A stretch of DNA of 64,000 nucleotides from Azolla caroliniana (lineage: Eukaryota > Plantae > Polypodiophyta). The translations under genes were made by a program, and so were the position numbers. Below the pieces are notes generated by a model. That model was given only the letters and a program-made list of their open reading frames with translations. It had not been told where the DNA came from and made no database searches. This document shows, piece after piece, positions 13,601 to 25,786 of this stretch. The number at the start of each line of letters is the position of its first letter. Positions within the stretch are counted from its first letter, which is position 1. The DNA lies in NCBI GenBank assembly GCA_043228905.1, contig JBHGNT010000016.1, positions 16,244,001 to 16,308,000 of the forward strand. The letters are read 5' to 3'.

Positions 13601-16320
13601 GACCTCAGTTATCCGGTTGGTGTGATCAGTCAGTTCATGGCGCGACCTACCGAGGAACACCTTCAGTGTGCGCAACGCATCCTTCGGTATGTCAACGGCA
13701 CTAAGGACCGAGGACTGCTATATCGGACCGGTGCAGCCGCGCAGTTAGTCGGCTACACCGATGCTGATTGGGCTGGCAACACCGCTGATCGCCGATCCAC
13801 GTCCGGATACGTGTTCTCCCTCGGGAGTGCCGCGATCGCGTGGAGCAGTAAGAAGCAGCCGACAGTTGCACTGTCGAGCACCGAAGCTGAGTACCGAGGA
13901 GTGGCTATCGCGACATGCGAAGCCATATGGTTGAAGCGGCTACTTAAGGACCTGCAAGTGGAGGTGTCAGATCCGACGACGATCTACTACGACAACCTCA
14001 GCAGTATCCAGCTCGCGAAGAACCCCGTCTTCCACGCACGGACCAAGCACATTGAGGTGCATTACCATTTCGTCCGTGAGCGTGTCCTTTCCGGTGAAGT
14101 CGAACTTCATTACGTGCCGACGGATCGACAAACTGCCGACATCTTCACAAAGCCTCTTGGTCTGGACAAGTTGCGGCAATTCTCAGGTGCGCTCGGGTTG
14201 CGTCACCTCGATGTGCCAAACTTGAGGGGGAGAACAGTCCCGAACGACCAAGCAAGGCAGCAGGAAAGGAGCGGAGACCGCGACACCGAGTCCGAGTCGG
14301 TTGACTCGGTTGTCGAGTTCGACTTCGGATTGGCTGAAGAGGCCGAGGGCGGACCCGCGGAAAAGTCCGAAAGCGGATAGAAGGGGAGCAATCGAAGGAG
14401 AAAGCCGAAGCCAACCACGCATAGGGCAGATGACGCCATCGAGGGTGAGAAGACCGAAGACGAGTTGGAGACAGCCAACTCGGACGAGAGCGAAAACCGA
14501 TCGGGGGTAGCCGAGTCGGTTTGGATGTTTGATTCAGATACGTTGAATCAACCGCGACCCAAGCGGAAGAAAAGGCAGCAGGAGAAGCGTCAACACCGCA
14601 ACAGCAGAAGAGCTGATAAGGGCCGCATGAGCTGACAAGCCGACCGGAAGGGTCGAAGCGCGCGGAGTCGAACAGGTCGAGGAGTGCGAGCGAGGCATGA
14701 AGCCAGGAGGAACCAGAGCTGTGAGCCCGAGGATCCCGAAGAGCCTCGAGTTGAGCTTGAGGGGGAGTGTTGAGAGACAAGCTCAACATCGGCCGGATCG
14801 GCTGAAGAAGCCGAGGACCGGATCGGTTGGGACCGATTGGTTAGGCCAAGTGCGTAAACCGGGAGGTCGTTAGGAAAGATATTCTGTGAGGAATATATTT
14901 GGTAGTTAGTATAGGAGCTCTTGATGAGCATTGAAGTACTGTCAGTACTTCTGTCAGTTCTTTTAGGACTTGTATAAAAGTGTTCATTGAACACACATTT
15001 GAATATAGAGTGGTGTATAGAGATTGTGTACTTCTGCTATATTTTTTGTGTCTTCTCTCTCACTCTCTCCCGCGTATACCGTGTAAGCTCAAGCTCTCCA
15101 TTGAACCTAAGTGTTCTCCCTTCTGTTCTGTCTTTATACTTGCTTCCGCACGGTACTTTCTACAAAGAACAACTGCACCAAGCACAAGCCCAATTAGAGG
15201 AAAGAAGAGAACAGATATTACAGCAGGAATCAACAAGCAGACCTTTATGGTCGGATTCAGATTTGCAACAAAAGTTGGAGCAAGCAGAAATAGCACGCAG
15301 AGAAGCCGAAGCTTGGGCAGAGAATGCTAAAACCAGATCCAGGAGAATAGAGGATCTGTTACAATTGGCAAAGCAAAGGTTGGGAAATGCTTAGACGCTA
15401 AGGATAAATTGATCCAAAAATTACGCAAGCAGAATGCCGAACAAGTCGAGGAATTGGAAGAATATGTGAAAATTCAAGAGACTTGTTTTACAACACAATT
15501 GGATGGAAAAGACAAGTTGTTGGAAGAAATCAATGACAAATTTAATTGGCAACAGGAGGAATGGGAGATAGTAAGGGAAGATATGGAAAGATGGTGTACC
15601 GAAGTTGAGAATGTGGCCAAAAGAAGAAGACTTGACTGGTTAATAGCACAAGGCCAGTTGTTGCAGATAGAGGTAAGAAGTAATGCACAAATCAATGATC
15701 TACAGAGAGCACTAGCAGCAGAACAGTTTCGGGCAAGTATAACTTAGGAGAAAATTAGAGCTATTCTCAAACGCCACAAGATTAATACTTTGAACATGGT
15801 AAAAGAGTCAATGGATAAGAGTTGGCAAACCTGGTTGGCTCAAGCAGTTCAACTTCAGCTGTTACGTGTCAACAAGGAAAATAGGAAAGCTCAAGGCCAA
15901 GGATTTTTCAAAATGTCGGATGAGGCAATATCAACCGTTCAAGAGGATATTGCCAAAGATTTATATGAGATGGCAACTGTTCATAGGGAAGAAGCTACTC
16001 GAATCATGCAAGAATTCGACAAACATGATGTCAATATTGCTGTCCACTTAGACAACCTTGCAGTTGAGTAGCGACGCCAAACTCCAGTACGCAGAGCACC
16101 GGAAACGGCGGAACCAAGACCATCGACAGAAGATACAAACAAGGACGACACCAAAGACAATGAAGACAAAGACAAAGACGAGGAAGACAAAGATGAAGAC
16201 GACAACGACGAAGCTGAAAATGAAGGGGACGACCACGAGCAACAGTGGGAACCTTCATTGTTTGATATTCTACAAGATGACGATGAGGAGGAGTAAGACG
16301 AAGACCTGCCTTCAGACTAG
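10640..16320 (+). pseudogene. Gypsy 3' accessory ORF (globular N-terminus, Q/E-rich linker, coiled coil, acidic tail), split by the copia at 11914-15164
   Basis: ORF pieces 10548-11117, 11383-11709, 15165-15394, 15409-15747, 15790-16071 and a D/E-rich tail to ~16320, lying between pol and the 3' LTR. Confidence 0.65.
11914..15164 (+). mobile_element. Ty1/copia family A, 5'-truncated (integrase C-terminus, RT, RNase H, Pol extension, 3' LTR 14768-15164)
   Basis: Begins mid-integrase (AVRTAVYIQNR..KPNLRHLRVFGS); ORFs 12264-13625 and 13538-14380; PPT GAGGGGGAG then TGTTGAGAGACAAG...TTTCTACA. Confidence 0.93.
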
Positions 16321-16380
16321 CAAGAGTGAAGGAGTACCGTGGGTTCGCCGGGCAAAGCCCTGGCCCACAGGCATGCCAAG

Positions 16381-16858
16381 TGTTACCCGGACAAGTGGCA
16401 AAATGTCGGAGTCGGAAAATAAGAAAAATCGGAGTCGGAGTTGGAGTCGGAGTGGGGTCACGGATCGATGAATGAGTAGACCGAATTAAAATTAAATCCG
16501 AGAGTATAGTTAGTTATAAATTTTGTAATTCTTGCCAAGTATGGCAGTAGGTTTTCTTGATGAGAAAGACCTTCGGTTTACCTATAAAAGTAACCGAAGG
16601 CATTGTAAAAATCTATCGTTTATTTAGTAATATAAAGTTTAGTTTAGGAAATCTCTGTGTACGAAGCGTCTTGGCTATTTATTTCCTTTCTGTGAGAACT
16701 ATATTACATAAGTAACGATCTCGATGTCTGTTTTCCATCGATAAGTTTACAACTATGTAATATATATTCGTCTAACCACAACTTCATGATAGAACGTTTG
16801 GCAAGCAACGTTTGACTTATACTGTATCGGCAAAGTAGTGATTTTTGACCGAATAACA
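16381..16858 (+). repeat. Probable 3' LTR of the gypsy element
   Basis: TGTTACCCGGACAA...TTGACCGAATAACA imperfect terminal inverted repeat; TATAAAA at ~16583; no canonical PPT directly upstream. Confidence 0.6.
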
Positions 16859-16872
16859 ATGCTAAACCACAC

Positions 16873-17250
16873 GCTCTGATTCTTGTGTAGCAGAAGAGAT
16901 GTGTGCAATGTGTGTGCACGTGTGTGTGTGCGCATGTGGAAAGAGGAGAAGAGATGAGAGAGAAACACAAGATAGATAAACCAGAGAAATGAAATACTCA
17001 AGGAGAAGAATATGTATATTAACAAGGAGAATATGAGATACAAAAATGTAGCATTACAAGGCGTCACAACTAACACTCTATAAAGTAGGAGGGTGCTTTA
17101 TAGAAGGTCACCCTCTCTCTCGTAGGGAATGTGAAGACTCATTCGTCGTGGGGAATATGGAACTCATTAGTTATGTGTCATAGAATATAATACTATGACA
17201 CATAGGTAATGTGTTCCCACACAATGCTAGGTTGAGCTTGATTCCCAACA
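16873..17250 (-). mobile_element. Copia family B 5' LTR with remnant tRNA-iMet PBS
   Basis: Homologous to LTRs at 32992-33460, 37420-37848 and 45087-46400; GCTCTGAT (reverse complement of part of TGGTATCAGAGC) is fused to the LTR by a small deletion. Confidence 0.85.
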
Positions 17251-19404
17251 ACATAAATAGCCTAAAAGATAGCATGTCCAAATGGGACAGTGTGAATACG
17301 TCTAGTATGTAATTGTATTCGAGAAATGCCTTGAATCTGGGTAGAGTTTCTAGGCCACTATGTCCTCTTTTGCGTAAGATTAAGAAGGATCTCATAAAAT
17401 CCTAATGGTGCAAGATTGAAACACAAAATGAGCGATCCAAACTAAGCCATCTTGTCTTGCTTTTATAGAAAATCGCTCCTAATTTTGGTATTTCATGCTT
17501 TTATTCCCTTTTTTATTTGAAAATGAAACGAGTCTAAATAGTCGTAAATTAAAGCCAAGCTATAAAGGTTGAAAGTCTGCAAATATAGTGCAAAGTCCAT
17601 GGCTCTAACCACTAGGTCATTGGCCTTTATTTATTATAATTATATTTTCACAATATATAGATGTATAGTCCTGCACCCCTTTTCTACCCTTTTCTACCTT
17701 TTCGCCACAAATCATTACAACCGTGGTTTGGTGCATCGGGAACAAACTCAATTAAAGAGTCACTAATAATCCATGATGTTAGTGTGTTTTTCACTTACAT
17801 CATATTGAACCCTATCTTATTGAGGATGTGCGATGCTTAAATCGAGTTAGACATTTGGCTTCTGTACGATCACTCAAGTTTTGAAATTTGTATCATTTTA
17901 GTTGGTTTTCATTGTTTTTGTCTCCCTTTCTATGTCTTCGTTGGATATTAGTTAAGAACTCACCTTATATTGGATGGCAGGAAACCAAGTTTGACAATCA
18001 AACTCGCACATACATAGCTTTTACAAAATAGTAAAAATAGTTGAGCATGAAAACGTAATGTACAAGAGGAAGAAGATTCCGTTCTATGTGTATGGATGCC
18101 GCAACAAGGTTTTTATAAATATTCTTAGAGATGAGGAGCCATCACGAGTGTTATTGAATAGTCCATGCAAATCACATGGTTTACTTCTTATTTTGTTTTA
18201 TATGGATGATCACTGAGCTCTAGGGAGTCCATGTATTCCTCTGAAGTTGCGATTTTCATGTATTTATACGATGTCTTGCCACTGAAAATAGATTTCCTGG
18301 ACCTACTCATCATCGTGGAGGTGCTTCCGGAGTTCCAAGTACCCAGGGCTATGTTGAACCTGCACTCCCACGATAAGATCGGCCTCCGCTTATCAGCCTT
18401 AATCTCCTCGGATTCTGGAGTAAGTTTGGGCGTTTTACTGAAGATCCAAGCATCCAAAGAGCCGTTTTCCATGTGTTCATACACGAGGAGCTTGTGCGTG
18501 TTACCTTCGAGGCAGAAGCCAACCAAGCGAACAAGTTGAAGGTGGTGAGTCCGGCCCAGAATTGAGACCTCGGCTATGAACTCTTTGTTGCCCTGTTGAC
18601 CTCCATCGATGAGTTGCTTCACAGCTATGGGAGTGCCATCCTCCATAGCTCCTCGGAAGACGTTGCCGAAACCACCACCACCAAGCGGGTCAGAGAAACC
18701 ACAAGTGTATTAGTGCATCTCCTTCCATGTGAATCGTCGGGGCTTTGAGTCCAGAAGGGAGTCACCAAGGAGCTCATTTTCAATCTCATAATCTTCCAGT
18801 TTTCTAGCTTTTAATCTTCGTCTCCTGTGCACATATCCTGCACCCACTAATATGGCGATAATTACAAAGACACCTAATGCCACTCCTATTGCGATGTACC
18901 GACGAGTCAAATGTAAAGAAACACTTGGGTAGTTTACGAATTTCAAGTATCCTGTGAATTCCTCAATTCCAGTGAATATGATGGTGGCTACAGGACCCTG
19001 GATGAGGAAACAAGAACCATTCGGTTTTGACTCCCACAATGCGGCCGTGCAAGTGCAGTTGTTGTTACAGAGCTGCCACCAGTCTTCAGCATCGATTCTC
19101 GTGTGATTGGGAGGGAGGAATGCATTGGAGAAGTAGCTGGCCCCTGTTATGATTGAACCTCCATCGCCGCAAGAAAAAGGGTGTGGTTCCATTTTACTAT
19201 CTCCCTCCTTGAACTTGCAGCCTAATTTGGAGTTCTTGTCGGGATTTATAGAACCGCTTTTGGAGAGACTGGCAAATTCTCTAAAAACCGCAGTGCTAAT
19301 GGCATATCTGGTATCATTGACTGTGTATGCATGAAGGTCTCCATCACTCCCCAGCCTGAGGAATGTGGCAAACGTTATGTTGAAGCTGACACCACGCATA
19401 CCAA

Positions 19405-22400
19405 GTTAGAATATAAAATAAAGTATAATATTAGGAGTAATAAATAAATAAAGTAATAAATAAATATTCCTAAAATACCCTCATTTATAAAAACGTTTTG
19501 TAACCACCCTTTCTCTTTGATATACACATTGTAACCAATATGATGTGAGAAATACAACTATTGGTTCTTGATCTCTCTCTCTCTCCCTGTTATCTTCTTC
19601 CTATCTCTTGTGTTATTGCTTGATTTCTTACATGGTATCAGAACTAATTTAAAGACATCAATCAAAACACAAAACATTTTGTTCTTGGATTGATCCGGAC
19701 GATCTAAGCAAGATGGAGTTCGAAGAAGAAATCAGAAAACCTATCCACATCCACATCAAACAATCATCATCCTGCAAATCCATCAAGTATGGTAAGAAAA
19801 TATGTAGTTGAGAAACTAACTACTCACAATTACAGGATGTGGAAGACACGGATGGAGTTGATAATGGAGCGTAATAATCTAAAAGATATAATAGATGGTT
19901 CCATGAAAATGCCTGAACAAGAACCAGGGACGAGCATGTGGAAAAGTAGAGACCTCGACGCTAGTATGGAGATAATAATGCACTTAAGTGACGAGCAAGT
20001 CGATTATGTTCGAAACTTGCACACAATAAATGAAATGTGGGAGTATTTGCAAAAGATTCATCAACCATCTGACGAAACAACTAAATTTTTTTCATTCAGA
20101 TCATTAATGAATTTACAGATAAAAGAAGGTGAACAAATCGACACATTTATAATGAAGTGGCAAAAGCAATTAGACACAGCCATCTCTTCAGGCAATAATA
20201 TCAATGAAATGTCCAAATGTGAGATTTTGTAAGTATTCATAGTGAAGATAAAAATCTAAATTTACAGAATTTAGTAGGAAAGTTAAAGCAGGATGAACTA
20301 CGAAGGAAAAGAACAAGTTCACAACATGAGGCTAGCCACATGGCCATGGCAGCCTCCATGAGAAATAATCGAGGCAACTTTGTGAAGCAGAAATTTCAAC
20401 GGTTTCCAAATAACCAGAAGTTTCAACAAAAGAACAAATCAAATGGAATGGGAGGCTTGACGATATCTACGATCACATGTAGGTATTGTAATAAACAAGG
20501 TCATATTGAAAAAGATTGTAGAAAGAAGCAATTTGATCTTAAAAGAAAAGGAAAAAAGTTTTATCCACAAATTCATAGTGCATCAATTCAAAATGATAAT
20601 GTGAACTATTGTGAAGAAGATGAAGACAATAATTTTATACAAGATTTTAGAAGTGATGCTAATGAAAGTCAAGTGAATGAAAAGAAAGGTAATGACAACC
20701 TTTGGTTCTTCGACACCGGGGCGACACATCATTTAACAAATAATAGAAATCTTCTACATAACTACTGCCCTCTTCCACAAGCACTCCAAGTGACATTCGG
20801 CGATCATGGCACAAAAGTCGCGATTGGCAAAGGGGAAGTACACTTATCTCTAAACAAATCAAAGACAGTAAGCATTCCAAATGTTTATTATGTTCCAGGT
20901 GTAATGAGAAACTTAATATCTGTAAGTGAAGCAACAAAAAATGAAACAAGTATACAATTCAATAATAATTTTGCCATTATTTCTCATGAATTACCCAACC
21001 CAAAGACGATGAAGACTGGTCAAGTTCATAAATTATTCGAAGGAATTCCAACAAAGTCATTTAGCTATATATCTATATGCGAGGGATGCATCTACGGCAA
21101 GCAGTGTCGACAAAAGTTTCCAATAAGCAAACAGAAAAGGATGGAAAGACCACTACAACTCATTCATTCAGACTTATGTGGACCTATGCAATCTGTATCA
21201 ATAGATGGTAACAAGTATTTTATTACATTCATAGATGACTACACAAGATTCACAATCTTATACTTTTTGAAGAAGAAATCTGGAGCATACAATGCATTCA
21301 CAAATTATAAAGCATATGTAGAAAACCAATGTCAACATAAGATTTCGACTATTCGTACTGACAATGGAGGGGAATATTTTAGTGATGAATGGAACAATTT
21401 TTGTAAAGAAAATGGAATAAGACATGAACATACTGTACCATACAACCCGCAACAAAATGGTGTAGCTGAGCGCAAGAATCGGGCGCTCCTAGATGGTAGT
21501 CGAAGTATGCTTCAAGTAGCTGAATTGCCTCTTCGATTTTGGCAAGAAGTAGTTGCGACTGCTTGTTACCTGCAAAATAGATCTCCACATAAGATATTGG
21601 GTCTTCAAACACCACATTCACTCTGGTTTAAGCAGAAACCTAACCTTGGTCACCTCCAAGTGTTCGGTTCGATCGCCTACAGTCATATACCTGCAGATAA
21701 ACGGAAGAAGTTAGATCCACACACTAGAAAATGCTTTTTTATTGGATATGGTGAAGCTTCCGGAGTTAAAGCATACAAGCTATTTGATCCTCATACACAA
21801 AAGTTTTTCTATAGTCGATTAGTTATCTTCGATGAGATTAGTTTACTTCAACAACAAAAACAACATGAGGTATGCGATTTTAAACACAACTTGAGGATTA
21901 ATGATCTAATTACTCCAAATGTTTCACAAGGAGTTTCGGGAACCAGTTTGAAAATCAGAAACATGCAGATGTTCGAGCAGAAGATGAGGAGGAAGGAGTA
22001 ATGCATTACTTGTACACTAATCTGACCTACCCTAACAAGAAAGGATTAAGATCACCATACAAAGAAGATTTACACGATCACATAGGAAATGAAGACATAC
22101 ACGACATGCAGGCTACAGATGATGAAAAGAAAGATCCTCCAAATCGCAAAACTTATAAAGATATATTGGTGAAAGAGTTAGAAAAGGTGCCTAACAAAGA
22201 TGGAAGTCGATGGCGAAGAAAGAATCCTGAAAGCAGACAGAATGAAGAAGTCGAATTCATTCATTGCTCCCCTACATCAACATTTCTGATGAATCCACAT
22301 GAAAGTGGTCATTTTCAACATGATAGGCATGATGATTCTCCACAAATTCAACATTCCCTACAAAATCAGAGCGACGATCAACTTCATGATGAGCAAGTGG

Positions 22401-25262
22401 GCCACCCTCAAAATCGGCTCAGTCATGACCAGAACGACCTGCAGGTCGACCCCCATCAACACGGCCATCAGAAGCACGATTAGAATCAACATGACCATCA
22501 TCAGCTCAGCAATCAGCACCTCGATGATCATCAACGCCGCCAGTAACAGCTCGGCCACCATCAGCACAGCTACCACCAGTACGGCCACCATCAGAACGAC
22601 CATCAGCAGCAGAATCAACGACCTCCTAATCATCAACATAATCAGCAACAAAATTAGCAGCGTAATCATCAACATAATCAACAACACATTCAGAAGCAAA
22701 ATCAGTATCCTCATGATCAGAGGTATAATCAGCAAGAAGATCAGCAACCTTGTGATAAATGGGAGAATATGAAGCAACATCGTGGCCATCGACAGCACGA
22801 TCAGCAACAGGAAAGGTGCGGCCAACAGCAGGAGAAGCGTGGCCACCAACAGGAGATGCTCGATTTGCAGCTAGAAGGCGGTGGCGACAAAGGCCTGGAG
22901 CAGATGGAAACGCCATTGCAGAGAAAGAGCAAGGATTCGAGATGTGGAGCGAGTCCTTATATAGCTGCAGACACGGCTTTGGAGCGCGCCAACTCTTCCC
23001 GCTTTTCCAATTCAGTTGAGCAACTCGTTGCTCAACGTCATTCTTTAACACCCTCTCACCCATTCACACCTATTCAATTCATACCTTTAACCACAAGACA
23101 AAGTGTATATGATAGTTCTCAACTAACTTTAACTCACCCACATATAGGTTCCACACCACATGCATCACCTAATGTCAATATAGTTTCTTCTCCACTCGAC
23201 ACTTACCCAACAAATGAAGATTTCGATGATCAACCTCAACCAATCAAGCAAAAATTTCGTAATATTTACAAAATTATGGAAGCCACGCGTCCATTTGAAG
23301 CACTTATGGCCGACTTGGGACCGGAGCCTATTGACGAGTTTGAAGACGATGATGGTGATATTCCACTTGAAGACATAAATCTCACTCCAAAAGCAGCCCT
23401 CAATGGTTCTGAGAGTGAAATGTGGAAGTCGGCGATGCAAACGGAGATGGATGCTCTCATGCGAAATAGAACGTGGACTTTGGTTCCACGACCGAAGAAT
23501 CGCAATGTCATATCTAGTAAGTGGGTACTTACGAAGAAGAAGGATGCACATGGTGTAGTGACGAGATATAAAGCTCGTGTCGTCGCTCGTGGTTTTTCAC
23601 AAATTCTTGGTGTGGATTTTAAAGAAACATTTGTGCCAACACTAAAAATGGTTCCATTACGAACCATGCTTGCTTTTTTGGCCGGTTTTAATCTCGAACT
23701 TCACCACATGGATATCGAAACTGCATTTTTACATGGTGAATTAAATGAAGAAATATTCATGCAACAACCGCCGTTTTTTGAAGATTCAAAATTCCCAAAG
23801 TATGTTTGTAAGCTTCATAAGTCATTGTATGGTTTGAAACAATCTCCACGAATGTGGCACCACAAGCTCTATACATTTCTTATGTCTATTCATTTTCGGC
23901 GTCTTCAAGCCGAACCAAATCTTTACATTCGTAACGAAGGAAGTGACTATGTGATAATTGGTGTGTATGTTGATGATTTGCCAATTGCCTCAAACTCTAC
24001 TACCTCAATGCGAAAGGCTATAAATCAACTCAAGGAGAAGTTTCCCGTCAAAGACCTTGGACCACTAGAGTATTGCCTTGGTATCAAGGTAACAAGGAAT
24101 AGGACGGAAGGCACACTTACTATGTCACAATGGAAGTTGGTCGAAGAAATTCTTCACAACTTCGAGATGTCCGATTGCAAACCTATTGCAACACCAATGA
24201 CCGTACCGTGCAAACTATCATCCAATGATATTCCAGAGACCGTGGAAGAAGAGCAACTTATGAAAACACTTCCTTATCGACAAATCCTTGGAAGTATAAG
24301 GTATCTTGTGAGTTGTACACGTCCAGATTTGTCTTACTCAGCTGGTTTTCTTTCTAGATTTATGCAGAATCCCGGAATAGCTCATTGGAATGCTTTAAAG
24401 CGAGTCCTTCGCTATGTACAATACACTAAAGACATCGGTCTCACACACAAGTCCTTCCAATCTAGGAATTCGTCCCAACTTAATGGTTGGCTCCAGACAC
24501 CATTAGTCGGTTGGACGGATTCGGATTGGGGGGGGGATCTTGATACCTCTTGCTCAACATCTGGTATGGTTTTCACATTTGCCGATGGGGCAATTGCATC
24601 GAGAACCAAACGTCAAGTATTCGTGGCTCTTTCTAGCATCGAAGCGGAATATGTTGCGGCAGCATTAACAGCAAAAGAAGGATTGTGGATAAAGACGATC
24701 ATTGAAGAGCTCGACATCATAAAGCTTAATGAAGTCAAAGTGTTTTGCGACAATCAATCATGCATTAAGCTAGCTATTAATCCAACGATCATAGATTAAA
24801 ATAAACATATAAGAGCAAGACACCATTTTATTCGAGAGTTGGTAGAAGCAAAAGAAATGTCTTTACATTATACATCTACTACAACAATGTGGGCGGATTT
24901 TTTGACGAAGCCAGTACGACAACAAAAACATTGGAATTGTTGTAATAAAATTGGTCTTAGTATTAGTAAGATCAATATAGAAAAATAAACACTTTATTTT
25001 ATGGGGGGGGTGTTAGAATATAAAATAAAGTATAATATTAGGAGTAAAAAATAAAACATATTATGATAAATAAAGTAATAAATAAATATTCCTAAAATAC
25101 CCTCATTTATAAAAACGTTTTGTAACTACCCTTTCTCTTTTATATACACATTGTAACCATAAGTCATATGATGTGAGAAATACAATTGTTGGTTCTTGAT
25201 CTCTCTCTCTCTCTCCCTGTTATCTTCTTCCTATCTCTTGTGTTATTGCTTGCTTTCTTACA
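19405..25262 (+). mobile_element. Full-length Ty1/copia inserted in exon 2 of the RLK pseudogene (LTRs 19405-19632 and 25011-25262)
   Basis: TSD ACCAA/ACCAG; PBS TGGTATCAGAAC 19633-19644; PPT ATGGGGGGGG 25001-25010; gag CCHC, WFFDTGATHH protease, integrase, YVDD RT, RNase H. Confidence 0.95.
22300..22870 (+). repeat. Low-complexity CAT/CAG/CAA repeat encoding a Gln/His-rich tract between integrase and RT
   Basis: The frame of ORF 22001-22483 continues through three TAG/TAA codons into ORF 22769-24799, reading QHGH/QHDH/NQQ-type units. Confidence 0.85.
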
Positions 25263-25786
25263 ACCAGCATTCTCGAATATGATTGGTATGGATTGGTTAG
25301 GTCGCCTACTGCAAGCATCTGGCGAGATTTGGTTGTATTTTGAAATTACGTCTGAACTGTATATAAATTTGATTAAACATGTTCACATCTATATATCAAT
25401 GAGATTTTCGAACTAATACTAATATGAAATGTGGAGGGAATCCATTACAAATTACTAATACTAACCCAGTTATTGCCAATGGAACAATATCCAAGTGGAA
25501 ACTGTTGTAGTTGTTCCCATCGCAACACAATACTACTGGTGCATGATCATACGAGCGACTCCTTTGTTGTGTACCATCAAGAGGCCAGAAGAAATAAGGA
25601 TATCCATATCCGCTGGAATCTTGAAACTTGATGTAGAGTGTAAGGGTCCCGTTCTCGATGGCTAGCGTGTAGTTGGCTGTTTTGCTCGTGGAAGTGAGGT
25701 TCAACCCGGATCCAAGAGCTTGCAAGACCATGAGTGTGTTGGTGGGATGGTCGTAAGATTGCCACAGTATCTGCTGTTGGAGTGTA

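Larger units (their letters stand above)
5312..16858 (+). mobile_element. Ty3/gypsy non-chromovirus retrotransposon lacking its 5' LTR: gag with two zinc knuckles, protease, RT, RNase H, integrase, 3' accessory ORF; hosts two nested insertions
   Basis: CTACLNTGHSAIEC/CTICHSKLHSVEQC; AIVDGGS; SFLDGFSGYNQ, MDDF; YASRKLSTAERNYSTTERE; WGLDFVGP, SDQG; domains in gypsy order; no chromodomain. Confidence 0.9.

Noticed and set aside
14145-14789. 214-aa antisense ORF starting in the LTR, with a similar start at 3441
   Set aside because: Overlaps a GC-rich coding extension where antisense stops are rare; lengths differ between copies and it closes after ~20 codons in family B
3007-17250. One minus-strand copia spanning 3007-17250 with the gypsy nested inside
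   Set aside because: The two LTRs belong to different families (A and B); only their first ~20 nt are similar and no TSD matches
22299-22849. Hydrophobic Ile/Leu/Met-rich ORFs resembling membrane or env proteins
   Set aside because: Alternative frames and strand of the CAT/CAG repeat; the Q/H frame is the one continuous with Pol
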